A stretch of 59,639 nucleotides of DNA. Source: Chloroflexota bacterium. Lineage in GTDB: Bacteria; Chloroflexota; Limnocylindria; Limnocylindrales; CSP1-4. The stretch lies in assembly GCA_031431395.1 (NCBI GenBank), contig JANPDJ010000026.1:1-59639 (forward strand), written 5' to 3'. A model generated the notes under the pieces. It saw nothing but the letters and a program-made list of their open reading frames with translations, had not been told where the DNA came from and searched no databases. Positions within the stretch are counted from its first letter, which is position 1, and every line of letters starts with the position of its first letter. Below are positions 39,444-52,735 of the stretch, in pieces. The translations under genes were made by a program, and so were the position numbers.

Positions 39444-40169
39444 TCACCCCGGTCCAGCCGCATCGTTTCGTACGGGTCCCGGCGTTGGCTGCTCGCCCTT
39501 CAGCCACAGGCGCTCACGATGGCGTCGGACGGTGGACAAAGGCACGCCCGCGAACTGGCCCAGGGCGGCGACCACCTCTTCGGGCCTGCCGGTTCCCAGG
39601 GCCGGATCGAACCGCAGGCGCATCCACAGTTCACCCTCGGACAGCACGGCGACGTCGTCCACCAACCGGCGCAGATCGCCGTCGCGGGGTTTGCTCGACC
39701 GCGGATTGGGCCGCTCGACCGTGGTCGCGGCCAGAAGCATCGCCACGGCAGAGCGAAGGACCCCGGATCGTGGCAGTCCCGTGGTTGCTTCGCTCGCGCC
39801 GGCCGCCGCCACGCCCACTTCGACGCGGTAATCGCCGGCCACCACGAGCCCGGGCAGCGCCGGCTCCCCCAGCCAGACGTCATGCAGGTCCACGAGCGAG
39901 TAGCCGGACGGCAGGTGGGCAGCGATCCGGGTACGAACATCGGCCGCCGCCCGGCGCTCAGGCAGGAACAAGTCAACGATCTCCCGGTCGGCTGTCAGGC
40001 CCGCCTGGATCGGCGCTGCGAATGCCAGCTTCGGCTGCTCGGGAGCCATGCGATCCCTGAGACCGGCCGCTTCCAGCATGTCGACCCATGCGGCAGCAAG
40101 CTCTCGCTGGGCAAGGTCCGGGGCATCGCCGGAACGCGCGACGATCAGGCGCCAGCGTTGGAGCGGCAT
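39444..40169 (-). CDS. DUF2344 (TIGR03936-like, radical-SAM-associated) protein
   Basis: The pattern QRWRLIVARSGDAPDLAQRELAAAWVDMLEAAGL...PKLAFAAPIQAGLTADREIVDLFL...LPSGYSLVDLHDV matches the DUF2344 layout. It holds the conserved position upstream of rplU. Confidence 0.55.
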   Translation of the reverse strand: MPLQRWRLIVARSGDAPDLAQRELAAAWVDMLEAAGLRDRMAPEQPKLAFAAPIQAGLTADREIVDLFLPERRAAADVRTRIAAHLPSGYSLVDLHDVWLGEPALPGLVVAGDYRVEVGVAAAGASEATTGLPRSGVLRSAVAMLLAATTVERPNPRSSKPRDGDLRRLVDDVAVLSEGELWMRLRFDPALGTGRPEEVVAALGQFAGVPLSTVRRHRERLWLKGEQPTPGPVRNDAAGPG

Positions 40170-40201
40170 CGTGATTCATCGGTAGGGGCGCAGTACACGT
40201 C

Positions 40202-40210
40202 TGCTAGTCT
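40202..40210 (+). promoter_or_regulatory. Extended -10 TGcTAGTCT, 8 nt before the ATG (leaderless-type)
   Basis: TGCTAGTCT at 40202-40210, with the ATG at 40219 and no SD. Confidence 0.35.
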
Positions 40211-40218
40211 CGCCTGCA

Positions 40219-40785
40219 ATGACCGGGCCGCGCGACGCCTACAAAGTCCTCCAGGTGGACGCCGAGGCGGACCTCGAGGTCATCCAGGCGGCGTACCGGC
40301 GGCTGGCGCAGAAGTATCACCCAGACCGGGCCGAAGCCGGGGCCGGCGTGGACGCAGCGCTCCGCATGGTCGAGATCAACGCTGCGTGGGCGGTGCTCCG
40401 CGATCCGGTCCTGAGGAGCGCATACGACAGCGAGCGTGCCCGTGTCGCGCCAGGGTCATCCGCGGCGCCGATGCCCTCGCCCGCAGCGGGGACGCCGGCA
40501 TCCTCTTCGACCGCCGGGACGCGCGCTCCGAGCGACGGCAGGACTGGATCGGCGGGCCCGCCGCCCGGGCGTCCTTCGGGCAGTGTCCTGAACTTCGGCC
40601 GGTACAGCGGCTGGTCGCTGGGCGAGATCGGTCGCATCGACCCGGCCTACCTCGAGTGGCTGGACCGCACGCCGATCGGGCGGCCGTATCGCGCCGAGCT
40701 CGATGCGCTCCTCCGGCGCATGGGCGCGCGGCTGGGCGAACAGGCCGAGGCAGACGCACGACGCGGTCTGTTCCGGCGGCGCTGA
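40219..40785 (+). CDS. J-domain protein with a C-terminal DUF3820-like module
   Basis: J domain DAYKVLQVDAEADLEVIQAAYRRLAQKYHPDR, and C-terminal FGRYSGWSLGEIGRIDPAYLEWL. Confidence 0.75.
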   Translation: MTGPRDAYKVLQVDAEADLEVIQAAYRRLAQKYHPDRAEAGAGVDAALRMVEINAAWAVLRDPVLRSAYDSERARVAPGSSAAPMPSPAAGTPASSSTAGTRAPSDGRTGSAGPPPGRPSGSVLNFGRYSGWSLGEIGRIDPAYLEWLDRTPIGRPYRAELDALLRRMGARLGEQAEADARRGLFRRR

Positions 40786-40871
40786 CGAACTTCGGACGCT
40801 TCGTCAGGTGGCGGTGGACGTCCACCCAGTCGCGCGTATCGTCCGTGGGACGGTCCGCTCCTGCGGTTGGA

Positions 40872-42023
40872 TCACCACGCCGCTCGGGACTGGTGCATGT
40901 TGATGCTCTGCAGCAACCCAAGGCCCAGTGCCAGGCTCACCAGCGACGCGCCGCCGTGCGTCACGAATGGGAGCGGGATCCCTGTGATGGGCATGATCCC
41001 CAGCACCATCCCCACGTTCACCACGAGCTGGAACAGGATCATCGAGGCGAGGCCGGCCCCCATGATCAACCCGAATGGATCGCGCGATCGCCAGGCGGAC
41101 GTCATCACGCGCCACAACAGCGCGACGAACAGGGCGAACACCACGAGGCCGCCAACGAAGCCCAGCTCCTGGGCGAGGATCGCGAAGACGAAGTCCGTTG
41201 ACTGCACCGGCAGGAGGTCGGCCTGGGCCTGCGTTCCGCTGGCAAGCCCTTTGCCCAGCAATCCCCCGGACGACACGGCGGCCTGGGACTGGAGCAGCTG
41301 GTAGCCGGAGCCCTGAGGGTCGGCGGTTGGATCGAGGAAGCTCAGCAGCCGCTGCTTCTGGTAGTCACGCAGGACGTGTGTCCAGACCACGGGAACGGCC
41401 GCGACGACCGAGCCGGCCAGGATCCCGAGCCATTTGAGGCTTGCGCCCGACATGAAGAGCATCCCCACCAGGATGGCCCCGAACACCAGGGACGTGCCGA
41501 GGTCGGGCTGGAGCAGCACGAGGACGGCAGCCGGCGCGACCAGCAGGCAGGCGCCCAGGATGGATGAGAGCGCATCCAGCTGCCGCTCTCGACGCGACAG
41601 GAAGTTCGCCAGCACGACGATCATCAGGATCTTCGCCAGTTCGCTGAACTGGAACTGCACGCCGGCCAGGCTGACCCAGCGTGATGCCCCGCCCACGCCC
41701 TTGCCGATCGCGAGCGTGATCACGAGCAGGCCGAGATTGGTGAAGTAGATGGGCCATGCGAGCGTCTTCAGCCACTTGTAATCGAAGACTGCCGCTGCCG
41801 TGAAGACGACGATCGCGATCCCTGCCCACATGAGCCCGCGCAGGAACGTGGATCCACCCTGGAGCACGGACTCGTCGCTGTTGCTGTAGGCCATTGCCAG
41901 GCCGATGCAACCGAGCAACAGCGCGTAGATCGTCAGCTGCCAGTCGAACGCACGCCACGCCGCACCCATCGGGCGCGTTGCCCAGTTGTGGAGCCTGGTT
42001 CGTTCAATCCGGAGGACACCCAT
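40872..42023 (-). CDS. rodA: SEDS-family peptidoglycan polymerase RodA
   Basis: FtsW/RodA/SpoVE pattern (GGASRWVSLAGVQFQFSELAKI; TDFVFAILAQELGF; PLPFVTHGGAS). It lies directly downstream of PBP2. Confidence 0.88.
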   Translation of the reverse strand: MGVLRIERTRLHNWATRPMGAAWRAFDWQLTIYALLLGCIGLAMAYSNSDESVLQGGSTFLRGLMWAGIAIVVFTAAAVFDYKWLKTLAWPIYFTNLGLLVITLAIGKGVGGASRWVSLAGVQFQFSELAKILMIVVLANFLSRRERQLDALSSILGACLLVAPAAVLVLLQPDLGTSLVFGAILVGMLFMSGASLKWLGILAGSVVAAVPVVWTHVLRDYQKQRLLSFLDPTADPQGSGYQLLQSQAAVSSGGLLGKGLASGTQAQADLLPVQSTDFVFAILAQELGFVGGLVVFALFVALLWRVMTSAWRSRDPFGLIMGAGLASMILFQLVVNVGMVLGIMPITGIPLPFVTHGGASLVSLALGLGLLQSINMHQSRAAW

Positions 42024-42068
42024 CAGTCGGTGGTCCGTCCGGCGGTGGCGTCGCGCACGTACCTGCCC

Positions 42069-43964
42069 TCAGTCGCCAAAGAAGTTGCCGCGCTGGAGCA
42101 ACTCCGGCTTACGGTAGTCCTTGCTGATGTCGTAGTGAAGCTGCATGTAGTACTTCACGATCTCGGTCGCCGCGTTGCCGACGGTTCGGGAGTTGTTGGC
42201 GAATGCCAGCACCAGCAGCTGGGAGTCCGTGCCACTGAAACTGCCGTTCACGGCGTCGCGCGGCGTGAAACCCACGAACCACGAGTGGAACGGCAGGCGG
42301 CCCTCCGCGTCGCGGTTACCGAACTCGGCCGTGCCGGACTTGCCGGCAACCAGGATCGGGAGATCCACCAGGTTGTACGTGTGCCGGATGGTGACCACCG
42401 TGCGCGCCGCCTCGCGCATGATCCTCAGTGTGTCGGGCCGGACATCCATCTCGTGGATGAGCTTCGGCTCGAATGGCCGCACGACGTTGCCATCCGCCCC
42501 GATGACCTCGCGAACCACCTGTGGCTGGTACAGGTTGCCGCCGTTGGCCAATGCGGTGTAGGCGTTGATCAGCTGGATCGGCGTCACCACGTCGTAGCCC
42601 TGGCCGATCCCGGCCTGGTAGGTCTCCCCCGGGAAGAACGGCACCCCGAAGGTGTCCTCCTTCCACTGGTTGCTTGGGACGATTCCGGAGGCCTCACCGG
42701 GCAGGTCGATCCCAGTGGGCGCGCCGAAGCCGTACTGGTGCGCCCAGTAGGCGAGCCGGTCGATGCCCAGCATCCCCGCGACCTGGTAGAAAAACGTGTC
42801 GCTGGAGTGCCCGAAGCCCGTCTTGATGTCGAGCGGGCCCCAGCCTGCATGGTTCCAGTCGTAGTACTTGTACGGGCCAATGGAGAGATACGCCTTTGTA
42901 AGGAGGGTCTGGTTCTCGGTCAGCTTGCCGTCGGCCAGCCCACCGGTTCCAGTGACGACCTTGTACGTGGAGCCGGGCGGGTACTGATCCCCGATCGCAT
43001 GGTTGACCAGTGGACGCCCGCTGGCCTTCAGCAATCCCTGGTAGTCGGCCGTGCTGATCCCGGTTGCGAACAGGTTGTTGTCGTAGGTGGGCAGGCTGAC
43101 CATCGCCAGCACCTCCCCCGTCTGGGGGTTCATCACGATGAGCACGCCGCTCTCGAGGTCCGCCGTATCGATCCCCCACTGGATGGCCTGCTGGGCGAGC
43201 TTCTGCTCTCGGCTGTCGATGGTCAGCTGGAGCGACGAACCAGCCTTCGGGTCGCTGACCGTGGACACCACCTGCACGACGCGCCCCGAGGCGTCGCGCT
43301 CCACGTTCTGGGATCCGTACGTTCCACGCAGATACGACTCGTACGAGGCTTCGACGCCGGTCTTGCCGATCCAGTCGTCGGGCAGGTACCCCTTCGTCGA
43401 GAGGTCCCTGATCTCCTCCGGGCTGACCGGGCCCGTGTAGCCGAGGATCTGCGAGAACAACGGTCCGCTGAGGTACTGCCGGTGGGATTCCACCACTACC
43501 TGGACGCCCGGCAGGTCGGCACTTGCCTCGGAGATCAGGCGGGCCGTGGGTTCCGGGACGTCGTTGGCAATGCGGACCAGGTCGAACCGTGAACCCGGAT
43601 TGGCATCGATCGCGGTCCTGATGTCCGTGGCGGACATCCCGAGGAGTCCGGACAGCCGGGTCACCACCGTGGCGCGTTGCGATACCGGCAGGTCGCCCGG
43701 TCGGATCTTGACCGCGAAGCTTGGGATGTTGGTGACCAGCAGGCGACCCGCCCGGTCGTAGATGAGGCCGCGCGTAGACGGGACGGCCTCCGCGACGATG
43801 TGGTTCGGATCCGTTCGCTGGATGTACTGGCTGCCGTTGGCCAGTTGCATGTACGCCAGCCGTCCGGTGAGGACCGTCATTCCGACGAGAACGGCGAGTC
43901 CGAACGCGAGGAATCGCAGGGGCCGGCGCTGCGCGGCCACGCGCTCTTCGAGCGGCCCGATCAC
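42069..43964 (-). CDS. mrdA: Penicillin-binding protein 2 (class B transpeptidase)
   Basis: An N-terminal TM anchor and a PBP dimer domain. Motifs STYK, HSSD (SxN-type position) and KSGTA. Confidence 0.9.
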   Translation of the reverse strand: MIGPLEERVAAQRRPLRFLAFGLAVLVGMTVLTGRLAYMQLANGSQYIQRTDPNHIVAEAVPSTRGLIYDRAGRLLVTNIPSFAVKIRPGDLPVSQRATVVTRLSGLLGMSATDIRTAIDANPGSRFDLVRIANDVPEPTARLISEASADLPGVQVVVESHRQYLSGPLFSQILGYTGPVSPEEIRDLSTKGYLPDDWIGKTGVEASYESYLRGTYGSQNVERDASGRVVQVVSTVSDPKAGSSLQLTIDSREQKLAQQAIQWGIDTADLESGVLIVMNPQTGEVLAMVSLPTYDNNLFATGISTADYQGLLKASGRPLVNHAIGDQYPPGSTYKVVTGTGGLADGKLTENQTLLTKAYLSIGPYKYYDWNHAGWGPLDIKTGFGHSSDTFFYQVAGMLGIDRLAYWAHQYGFGAPTGIDLPGEASGIVPSNQWKEDTFGVPFFPGETYQAGIGQGYDVVTPIQLINAYTALANGGNLYQPQVVREVIGADGNVVRPFEPKLIHEMDVRPDTLRIMREAARTVVTIRHTYNLVDLPILVAGKSGTAEFGNRDAEGRLPFHSWFVGFTPRDAVNGSFSGTDSQLLVLAFANNSRTVGNAATEIVKYYMQLHYDISKDYRKPELLQRGNFFGD

Positions 43965-44461
43965 CAGTCCAACCTCTCGCGGTTCTCTCGTCGCGACATC
44001 ACCGCCACCGCCACTGGCCCCACGATGGCGGCCACGATGCCGTTGTATGCCGCCGCGGGCAGGACCGTCGACAGTGGGTCAGCGGCGGGGATGGGTCCTC
44101 GCAGGGCACCGTACACGACAAGAAAGAGCAAGGCATTCACGACCGAGAACAGAACCACCGCCACAACAGGGATGAGGAGCCGGAGGCGGAGCGTGAGCCG
44201 GGCGAGAAGCAGGGCTCCGCCGACGCACAGGAGCAGCGTGAAGGCAGTCGAACCGAGCGGACGCGGTGACAGGAGATCGATCATCAGCCCACCGATGAAG
44301 GCCCAGGCAAGGCCGCCCTCGATCCCGATGGCGACCGTCCACACGACTGCGCCGATGAGGACGAAATCCGGCTGCGCCGCGCCGATTCGGAGAAGCGGCG
44401 CGATGGTGAGGTTCAGGAGTGAGGTCGCAACCGCGCCGACCGCGGCCAGAATGAACTTCAT
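43961..44461 (-). CDS. mreD: Rod shape-determining protein MreD
   Basis: 166 aa with about 5 TM helices, immediately upstream of and overlapping mrdA. The start is at the internal ATG 44461, with GAGGA 10 nt upstream. The Arg-rich upstream extension of the track ORF was rejected. Confidence 0.7.
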   Translation of the reverse strand: MKFILAAVGAVATSLLNLTIAPLLRIGAAQPDFVLIGAVVWTVAIGIEGGLAWAFIGGLMIDLLSPRPLGSTAFTLLLCVGGALLLARLTLRLRLLIPVVAVVLFSVVNALLFLVVYGALRGPIPAADPLSTVLPAAAYNGIVAAIVGPVAVAVMSRRENRERLDW

Positions 44462-44540
44462 GACGGTCGATCCTCGGCGGAGGGCCAGGGTCGCACGCGC
44501 AAGTTCGGGCCGGCGACGACCGATTCGGCGACGTACGGGC

Positions 44541-44568
44541 AGTATACCGGCGAGTGGAAAACCGGCAA
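44541..44568 (-). promoter_or_regulatory. Candidate mreD-mrdA-rodA promoter TTGCCG-16 nt-TATACT
   Basis: The minus strand reads TTGCCGGTTTTCCACTCGCCGGTATACT, about 80 nt upstream of the mreD ATG. Confidence 0.4.
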
Positions 44569-44702
44569 TCGGGCGCGGGCGGCGGGAACCCGCAAGGATG
44601 TCGCGACGTCGGCGCAGCCGGAGGGCTCGGCCTCCGACGAAGGGCGGTCGAGAGCCACGCCTTTGCGCCACCCAGTGCCGCAACCCACCGGTCAGCGGCC
44701 GG

Positions 44703-44718
44703 CGTTTCACGTGAAACA
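44703..44718. promoter_or_regulatory. parS: parS centromere-like site
   Basis: cGTTTCACGTGAAACa matches the tGTTNCACGTGAAACA consensus at 15 of 16 positions. The 14-bp perfect palindrome is at 44704-44717. It lies about 140 bp upstream of parA. Confidence 0.8.
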
Positions 44719-44817
44719 ACGTAGCGAGGAAGCGCGAGATACGTCGCGGTAGAGCCTCATACAGGACACTGCGAACACGCCGTCGCCGCCACGGATCCGA
44801 AGGAATCGGGGGCAAAC

Positions 44818-44826
44818 TGCTAGAAT
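44818..44826 (+). promoter_or_regulatory. Extended -10 TGcTAGAAT upstream of parA
   Basis: TGCTAGAAT lies 35 nt upstream of the parA GTG. No convincing -35. Confidence 0.4.
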
Positions 44827-44860
44827 TTGGACCGTGCACGTGTTCGAACGGTCGGCCTGA

Positions 44861-45693
44861 GTGGGTCAAACCATCGCCTGCGCCAACCAGAAGGGAGGCG
44901 TGGGGAAGACCACGACCGTGGTCAATCTGGCCACCTACCTCGCGCTCGCCGGCGAACGCATCCTCGTCATCGACCTCGACTCACAGGGCAACGCCACCAG
45001 CGGCTTTGGCCTCGACAAGTCCGCCCTGGAACGCTCTGTCTACGACGGGATCATCGACGCCGTCGCGCTGAGCGAACTGGCCCTGCCAACACCCATCCCG
45101 GGACTCCGTATCGTGCCTGCGTCTGTCGCTCTGGCAGGTGCCGAGGTGGAACTCGCGCCCGTCGAGCAACGGGAACGCCGGCTCGCGAAGCTGATCCAGG
45201 GCGTGGCCGGTGACTACGACTACATCTTCCTTGACTGCCCACCGTCTCTCGGCTTGTTGACCGTCAACGCGCTCACGGCCGCCGATGCCGCACTGGTGCC
45301 GCTCCAGTGCGAGTACTACGCACTGGAAGGACTGACACAGCTGATCTCCACGATCAACCTGGTCCGCGACCACCTGAACCCGAGCCTCATCCTCAAGGGC
45401 GTGGTGCTCACGATGTACGACCCCCGCACGAATCTGTCCTCCGAGGTGAGCGCGGAGGTGCGCCGCCACCTGGGTGACGTGGTCTACGAGACCGTGGTGC
45501 CGCGGAGCATTCGGCTGGCGGAAGCTCCCAGCTATGGACTGCCCATCGCGCTGTACCGCGACGATTGCAAGGGTGCTGAGGCATACCGCGCCCTTGCCCA
45601 GGAGTTCCTGCGACGTGATGGCGGCGGACATCGAGGTGCGGCCCCCGGCGCGCCCGTCCCCGGCTATCCAGCCACCGCGCTTGAGGTGGCCTG

Positions 45694-45694
<1 letters not shown>
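44861..45694 (+). CDS. parA: Chromosome partitioning ATPase ParA/Soj
   Basis: Deviant Walker A CANQKGGVGKTTT and DLDSQGNATSG. The GTG is the first start after an in-frame stop. Confidence 0.92.
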
Positions 45695-49115
<3,421 letters not shown>

Positions 49116-49119
<4 letters not shown>

Positions 49120-50135
49120 CCACGACCTCAGCTCCGCCCTCGCCTGTCTCGGCCGCCGCGAATGTCTTCGTGGACGCGCATCGCGCCCGGGCACTCAAGC
49201 TGGGCACGACCATCGGCGATCTCGTGGACGACCCGGAGGCATTTGTCCAGGCACTCCGCGACGGAATGACGGACCTGATCGACGAGACGTACCGGCGGGA
49301 GCAGTCGCGAGTGGCTCCCGGCCTCGGTGATTCGATCGGCATCCGCCTGCCGCTGCTCGCCGCGATCCGCCGGGGGTTTGGCCGGGCTTCGCGCTGGGCG
49401 AGCATCGACTCGCTGCTCTGGCTCGCCGAGCGACTCCTCCGCGAGGAGAGCCTCGAAATCCGCGTGCTCGCGTTCGGCATCCTGGACCGCGTCCTGCCGA
49501 CGGACCCCGAGCGGGGCTGGCAGGTATTGCGACAGGCCGCGCGGGACGCTCACGAATGGATCACCGTGGACACGCTGGCCCACAGTTTCGGCCTTGGGAT
49601 TCTGCTCGAGCCCGTCCGCTGGTCGGAGATCGAACAGCTGGCATACGCCTCTTCGCCCTGGGAGCGGCGCCTCGTGGGATCCACGATTGCCACCATCCCG
49701 TTCGTGAAGCGTCGGGCGGGCCGTGAACCGGAGATCGCCAGGCGCGGCCTGGCCGTGATCGGCAACCTGATCGGCGATTCGGATCCGGACGTCCAGAAGG
49801 CCCTCGCCTGGGCGCTCAGGTCGCTCGGCCGGGTTGACCTCACCGCCCTGACGCGGTTCGCCGAGGAACAGAGCATCCGGGCGGCGCAGGCCCACGACGG
49901 TCATCGGGCCTGGGTGATTCGCGACGCACTGCCGGCGCTCCCGCCGGACGACGCATCCCGGATTCGTGCTCGTCTCGCCGCCGTCCGTCGCCGGTCGGGC
50001 ACCCCGTCCACCTCGGATGCCGCCGAGATGGCCCGGCGCTTCCACGGCCTCGTTGAAGGCACCCCGCATGCCCGCGGTCCCCGCGGGACGACATCCCCTG
50101 ATGCGCACCGAACCACCACCGGAGTGACAGCGTGA
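49116..50135 (+). CDS. HEAT-like repeat protein resembling the DNA alkylation repair (AlkD/AlkC, PF08713-like) family
   Basis: [14 protein letters not shown]...[13 protein letters not shown]...[16 protein letters not shown] parallels the W..VD / W..R / QKAIGW.LR pattern of AlkD-family proteins. It has an ATGA overlap upstream and a GTGA overlap with gyrA. Confidence 0.5.
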
Positions 50136-52693
50136 CCGACGACCTGGGCGACATTCAAGCCGTCCACATCGAGGACGAGATGAGGGTGAGCTACCTCGAT
50201 TACGCGATGAGCGTGATCGTGGCACGCGCGCTGCCGGACGTCCGCGACGGCCTGAAGCCGGTCCACCGCCGGATCCTCTACACGATGGGCGAGATGGGGC
50301 TCTCGGCCACCAGTTCGTTCCGCAAGTGCGCGGCCATCGTCGGCGAAGTCATGGGCAAGTACCACCCGCACGGGGACGTGGCCCTCTACGACGCGCTGGT
50401 CCGCCTCGCCCAGGACTTCTCGATGCGCTACCCGCTCGTGGACGGGCAGGGCAACTTCGGGTCCGTGGACGGCGACTCCGCGGCCGCGATGCGCTACACG
50501 GAAGCGCGCATGACGGCCATCGCTTCCGAGCTTCTGGCCGACATCGACAGGGAGACCGTCGACTTCGCCGATAACTACGACGGCACGCAGAAAGAGCCGC
50601 AGGTCCTGCCCGCGAAGCTGCCGAACCTGCTCATCAACGGCTCATCCGGCATCGCCGTTGGCATGGCCACCAACATCCCGCCGCACCATCTCGGCGAAGT
50701 GGTGGATGCCACCATCGCGCTGATCGACGACCCGGACATCACGGTCGACGACCTGTGCCGGTACGTCAACGGCCCAGATTTCCCGACGGGCGGCACCATC
50801 TTCCGGTTCGAGCAGCAACGCAATTCGATCACCGGTGAGACAGAGCGGGTGGATGCGATCCGCCAGATGTACGCCCACGGCCGCGGCCGCGTCGTGGTGC
50901 GCGCGCAGGTCGCGTTCGAGGAGGTGCGTTCGGGGCGCATGGCCATCGTGGTCACCGAGCTGCCCTACCAGGTGAACAAGGCCGCCCTCACGGAGAAGAT
51001 CGCCGAGCTCGTCACCGGCAAGAAGATCGACGGGATCGCGGATCTCCGTGACGAAAGCGATCGGGACGGGATGCGCATGGTCGTCGAGATCAAGCGCGAC
51101 GCGAACCCGCACAAGGTGCTCAACAACCTCTTCAAGCACACGGCCATGCAGACGGCGTTCAACCTGAACATGCTGGCACTCGTGGACGGACAGCCCCAGA
51201 CGCTGTCCCTCAAGTCGGTCATCCAGCACTACCTCGAACACCGGCGCGAGGTCATCCGGCGCCGGACGGAATTCGATCTCCGAAAGGCGCGCGCCCGGGC
51301 CCACATCCTCGAGGGCCTGAAGATCGCGCTCGACCACCTGGACGCGGTGATCCGCACGATTCGTGAATCGACCGACGTCGAGAATGCGCGCAACAACCTC
51401 ATCACCCGGTTCGACCTTTCCGAGCTGCAGGCCCAGGCCATCCTTGACATGCGGCTGGCGCGCCTGGCAGCCCTCGAGCGCAAGAAGATCGAGGACGAGT
51501 ACCTCGAGGTCATCCAGCTGATCGCGGAACTGGAGGACATCCTCGCCAATTCGGCACGTGTCCTGCAGATCATCAAGGACGAGCTCACGGAGCTGAAGCG
51601 CAAGTACGCCGGCGAGCGCCGGACCCGCGTCCAGGAAGATTCCAGCCGCGAGATGACCGATGAGGACCTGATCGCCGACGAGGACGTCGTGGTCACGATC
51701 AGCGGGCGCGGCTACATCAAGCGCCAGCCCGTCGCCACCTACCGCCGGCAGCATCGGGGCGGCAAGGGAATCATCGGCCACGTGACCCGCGAGGAGGATG
51801 CGGTCGAGCACCTCCTGGTTGCGAACACGCATGACTGGGCGCTCTTCTTCACGAACCGCGGCCGCGTGTTCAGCGCCAAGGTCCACCAGATCCCCGACGC
51901 AAGCCGCCAGGCGAAGGGCATCCCCGTCATCAACCTGCCGGGCATCCAGGTGGAATCGGGCGAAGTGCCCATGGCCACGATCATGCTGCCGGACTTCACG
52001 CCGGGCAGCTACCTGGTCATGGCCACGCGCACGGGCATCATCAAGAAGACACCGCTCGAGCAGTTCGACCGCGTCCGATCCAGTGGAATCATCGCGATCA
52101 CGCTGCACGGTGACGATGAACTCGCCTGGGTTGACATCTCGACAGGACACGACGACGTCATCGTGGCAACCGCGCTGGGCAAGATCGCGCGCTTCTCGGA
52201 GGACGAGGTGCGGCCAATGGGCCGCGGCGCCGCCGGCGTGATCGGGATCCGGCTGGCTCGCAAGGGCGATGCAGTCGTGTCGATGAGCGTGGCCGACCCG
52301 GGCGCGGACCTCCTCGTGCTGACGGAAACGGGTTACGGCAAGCGTGTCCGGTTGAGCGAGTTCCGCCGCACGCACCGCGGCAGCCAGGGCGTGAACCTCA
52401 TCGCCCTCGAGGGCCGGAAGACGGGCAATGTCGCGGCGGTGCAGCAGGTCACAGACCGGGATGAAGAGCTGCTCCTGATCAGCGCCGGAGGCCAGGTGAT
52501 CCGGACGGAGACCAACTCGATCAACCGCTACTCCAGCAGCGCACGGGGCGTGATCGTGATGCGGCTCGCCGACGGCGACCGGGTCGTCGCCATCGCCGCA
52601 TTCCGCGCAGGGCTGGCAGACCGCAATGGCATGGGCGACAATGACGTCCCCGACGGCCAGACCCCCGGACCCGGCAGCGGTTCCGGCGCCTGA
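50132..52693 (+). CDS. gyrA: DNA gyrase subunit A
   Basis: Motifs [48 protein letters not shown] (catalytic Tyr), and C-terminal beta-pinwheel repeats. Confidence 0.96.
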   Translation: MTDDLGDIQAVHIEDEMRVSYLDYAMSVIVARALPDVRDGLKPVHRRILYTMGEMGLSATSSFRKCAAIVGEVMGKYHPHGDVALYDALVRLAQDFSMRYPLVDGQGNFGSVDGDSAAAMRYTEARMTAIASELLADIDRETVDFADNYDGTQKEPQVLPAKLPNLLINGSSGIAVGMATNIPPHHLGEVVDATIALIDDPDITVDDLCRYVNGPDFPTGGTIFRFEQQRNSITGETERVDAIRQMYAHGRGRVVVRAQVAFEEVRSGRMAIVVTELPYQVNKAALTEKIAELVTGKKIDGIADLRDESDRDGMRMVVEIKRDANPHKVLNNLFKHTAMQTAFNLNMLALVDGQPQTLSLKSVIQHYLEHRREVIRRRTEFDLRKARARAHILEGLKIALDHLDAVIRTIRESTDVENARNNLITRFDLSELQAQAILDMRLARLAALERKKIEDEYLEVIQLIAELEDILANSARVLQIIKDELTELKRKYAGERRTRVQEDSSREMTDEDLIADEDVVVTISGRGYIKRQPVATYRRQHRGGKGIIGHVTREEDAVEHLLVANTHDWALFFTNRGRVFSAKVHQIPDASRQAKGIPVINLPGIQVESGEVPMATIMLPDFTPGSYLVMATRTGIIKKTPLEQFDRVRSSGIIAITLHGDDELAWVDISTGHDDVIVATALGKIARFSEDEVRPMGRGAAGVIGIRLARKGDAVVSMSVADPGADLLVLTETGYGKRVRLSEFRRTHRGSQGVNLIALEGRKTGNVAAVQQVTDRDEELLLISAGGQVIRTETNSINRYSSSARGVIVMRLADGDRVVAIAAFRAGLADRNGMGDNDVPDGQTPGPGSGSGA

Positions 52694-52735
52694 CGACCCG
52701 CGGAGACCGGCGGGGCCGGGGCTGAGGAGACGTCC

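Noticed and set aside
40782-40807. An 8-bp hairpin (CTGACGAA...TTCGTCAG) between the convergent J-domain gene and rodA, as a possible bidirectional terminator.
   Set aside because: It has a 10-nt loop and no U-tract on either strand, and it overlaps the stop codon. The evidence is too weak to call.
44836-44841. A second CACGTG core that might be another parS.
   Set aside because: The flanks (GTGCACGTGTTC) do not match the GTTTCAC/GTGAAAC arms.
44462-44860. oriC next to parS and parAB.
   Set aside because: I found no cluster of DnaA boxes (TTATCCACA or TTGTCCACA-like) and no AT-rich unwinding element. dnaA and dnaN are absent from the window.
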